This document shows, piece after piece, positions 61,204-64,000 of a stretch of 64,000 nucleotides of DNA (the first letter of the stretch is position 1; every line of letters begins with the position of its first letter). The notes below the pieces were generated by a model. That model was not told the origin of the DNA and searched no databases. It worked only from the letters and a program-made list of their open reading frames with translations. This DNA comes from Selaginella moellendorffii (taxonomy: Eukaryota > Plantae > Lycopodiophyta), in contig NW_003314384.1 in the NCBI RefSeq assembly GCF_000143415.4, positions 310,001 to 374,000 on the forward strand. Direction: 5' to 3'. A program made the position numbers and the translations under genes.

Positions 61204-62708
61204 TCACCTCTTGTATGGCAAGTTGAGGCCACAACACATATCACGCAGCGACTGGATATGGAGCAATGGCTTCTTTGGAAGCATTCCCGTGGCTCTAAAC
61301 CGCGCGGCACCCTCCTCCGTTCTTAGTATCTCCTCCACACGTCGAGTCTCGGTTATCGCTTTCCAGTCGTCCGCCCTCCTGTGAATGGATGCAATCTCGT
61401 TCTTAAATCCCTCTCTCAGCTTGGCACGCTTCTTTTCCAGCTCTTCCTGCAGCACGGTTGAATTCCTTAAGGTGCATATAAAGATTAAGCAGGGCTTCTT
61501 GCCTCGCTCTTCTTCATGAGGGCTTCGGCCTTCGCTACTTGGCAAGCCTCCCATGCCGTGATCCTCGCAATCTCGCTCTCGTATCTAAAATCGTGTTAGG
61601 ATAATGTAACCTCTGGAGCTAAAGGTAAGATACACGCAATACTTGTTGTAGTTCTTGGTGTTTCTGTGCCGTTCCCAAGCCTTGACCTGCGACTGTTGCT
61701 TGTCTTGATATGCTCGGGCCAACATGGCATCTGATCAAAGACTCCAATGTTCAATTGAAAAAGAAACAAACAAGTAATGCTAGTAGGCGTCGGGCTACAA
61801 GAACGTACACTTACCACGGTCGATGTGCCCGCCAACACCCTCGCCAGAACTGGACACTGGGCTGTAAGGTTCAGTCTCGCTGATTGGTGCTGGCAACGAA
61901 ACAAAACCACTGTCTGCTGCAGACACATTTTTAGTGCATTTACATGTTGGGTGGGATGATCTAGACCTCGTTTCACAGGGACGAAGTTGTTTGATGACAA
62001 TCTTGGAGTTGGGGTAGCAGATGACTGCGGAAGGTTGTAGGGCTGTTGTAGGAGCAAGGACGGTCTATGGTCGTGCATTGCCGCGTCCGCGACGGGGACC
62101 GAGGTCAGAACCGGAGGCAGATTGGGCCTGTCGTGCATCCCTTCAACCAATGCAGAAGGCCTTCTTTGGTCGGGCATTCCAAAACTGTCGTGGAACTGCG
62201 ACGACGCCCGCCTGCCAGCACCGGGAGTTTGCTCCACCTGATCAAACTGGGATGCTCTTCGTAGGAGGTCCATAACCGGCACCTGGTCATACTGTGGAGC
62301 TGCTCTCGAGAAATTCAGCATATCAATCTGTTGCGAGGAACCCCTTCGCTCTGGCGCTGGGGGAGGGCTAAAGTCGTAGAGAGCAGCAGGCCTCTGCTCG
62401 TCAGGCACTGGCGGCGGGAACCTTTGGGGCGTGGGCGGGGGTGGCAACTCCTGTATCATGCTCGATGGTGGCGCTACCGGTGGGGGCTTGAATGCATCCT
62501 CGGCCACGCTCGAGTTGTTGGAGGTGATATCGTCGACGTGCTGTTGCTGCATCATCTGTTGCTGTTGCCTGGGAGATAACATTTGCAATCCCGTGGGCCT
62601 GGGGGACGCCTGGTGTGCCGGAATGCGGTCTTGGTGATCGTCAACGTCCATGTCTCCCATCGTCACCAGTCCCCGGGCACGCGAGGAAGGAGACGAAACC
62701 AACTCCAT
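61204..62708 (-). CDS. Remorin with long Pro-rich N-terminus
   Basis: VKAWERHRNTKNYNKYESEIARITAWE...KAEALMKKSEEELEKKRAK...NEIASIHRRA...AARFRATG. GC-AG intron at 61447-61502. Confidence 0.85.
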
Positions 62709-62816
62709 AGAAACCAACTGACCAAGATTCAGCCGAAGGCTCACACGTGGCAGCCACGTGCCTAGGGTTGTCTTTTCTCGCCCTAATCTGAGAGGCAGAG
62801 GCAAAGCAAGCAAGCA

Positions 62817-63647
62817 ATGCCGAGCTTCGTTGTGAATCCGCTGTCTCTGTGCATCCCCCAGTCGAGCTTCGAAGCTTGGCTCAAGGATAAGGGGTTTCTG
62901 GAGATTCTGGAAAAGTGTACGCTGGACAACGCCATCATCGCCGGGCAGGGATCGTTCGTTGCGCTGTGTAAGCTGCTCAAGCTCAACCCCTTTGAGAGCC
63001 TCACGGTGGAGGACCTGGGTAAGAAGCCGGTGCCGTGGACGGCAGAATTTCTGGATTGCGGCAAGGGACCGGCCGAGACCTACTCGTGGCCGATGAGTGT
63101 CACCCAAGTCAAGTTCAGGATGGACGAGAATTTGAAGCGCTACACGGGCAACTATCTCGTCCTCATCGCGATCACCTTCGCCTGCGTCTTGTGAGTCATC
63201 TCCCTTCTCCCTGCCGAGGTCTCATTGCTCTCTTGTGCTGCCTAGCCAGGTATAAAATGCCTCTGGCTTTGCTGGGCGTGGTGTCCTTGTTTGGCCTGTG
63301 GGATGGGCTGAGGATCCTCATCAACAAGTTCAAGATACAGAGGCACGGCGTGTTGTTCCGCTTGCTGGTGGCGCTCGGGAATGTTGGTATGCTTCTCTTC
63401 TCCGTTCACTCATGCCAGAGATTTGTGCTTTGCTCACTATAGCACTCGTACTTCCATGTCAGGCACAATGCTCCTTCTCATGTACTGCAGGGTGGCACTG
63501 GCCTTGATCTGCGCAGCAGCTCTAAGCTTTACAGGTGAGGTCCTCGGCTGAGAAAAGCTCTCTCTTTTCTAAACTCTTTGTTTCCTCGGTGCCGCAGTGT
63601 TGGTGTTGCACAGCTCCATGAGGAAGATCACACCACCAAATACGTGA
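62817..63647 (+). CDS. PRA1.H: PRA1 family protein H
   Basis: NPLSLCIPQSSFEAWLKDKGFLE, INPF-like LNPF, WTAEF, YSWP, RMDENLKRYTGNY, LHSSMRKITPP. Confidence 0.88.
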
Positions 63648-63717
63648 GAGAGATTTCGAAGTTTTATTTTAGTAGTACCTAGGGTTGTGGGGCTGGACGC
63701 AAGGCGGTGGAGTCGCC

Positions 63718-64000
63718 ATGGTTCACAAGAAGGAGATGCTCAAGGTAAATCCCAAGATGTTCGGGCCCAAGGCACAGCCGTGCATGAACGAGATGATGGC
63801 ATTTCTGGCCTGCCTCAAGAGGACCAATTTCAACGACGATCTGTGCATCAAGGAGAAAGAAGCCCTGAATGCTTGCGTTGAGTTCCAGGTGCGTCCTTGT
63901 GCTCGTTTTGCTGCTACCTACAGCTAGATTGCCGCTCCCTCACGCCTTCCCTTCCTCGTTGTGACAGGCCAGGGCGCCCAAAGTGAAGACCACCATCAAC
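63718..64000 (+). CDS. Twin CX9C (CHCH) protein, mitochondrial mS37/Cox19-like; runs off the window
   Basis: LKVNPKMFG...CMNEMMAFLAC...CIKEKEALNAC, intron, then ARAPKVKTTIN. Confidence 0.8.

Noticed and set aside
62709-63107. N-terminal part of the 503-aa minus ORF overlapping PRA1.H
   Set aside because: Antisense shadow of PRA1.H. The remorin start at 62708 or later is more plausible.

Overview
Very compact, intron-rich eukaryotic nuclear DNA from a land plant. The 45-100 nt introns, tiny intergenic gaps and many intronless PLS-class PPR genes suggest the lycophyte Selaginella (inference, no database search). About 19 protein genes can be reconstructed by hand: PIR/SRA1 (partial), two tandem SULTR sulfate transporters, U2B''/U1A-family protein, beta-COP, MYG1, an orphan signal-peptide/3-TM protein, four PPR genes, a zf-XS/XS protein, 3-ketoacyl-CoA thiolase, HD2/HDT, FAX1, an LRR-III RLK, an OTU deubiquitinase, FKBP53, a DIV-like MYB, alpha-tubulin, remorin, PRA1.H and a twin-CX9C protein (partial). 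There are also DHAR, PPR and P-loop pseudogenes, and an AT-rich decayed island with a Ty3/gypsy gag remnant. Signals hidden from the ORF track include: a candidate stop-containing cassette exon in the U2B''/U1A gene flanked on both sides by AUUGCA(U) motifs; an intronic U30-like C/D snoRNA in HDT; an AT-AC U12 intron in PIR; a SULTR paralog with E>Q at the conserved TM8 glutamate; same-strand overlapping or near-abutting gene chains; and a head-to-head junction that seems to have removed the 5' ends of both thiolase and DHAR.
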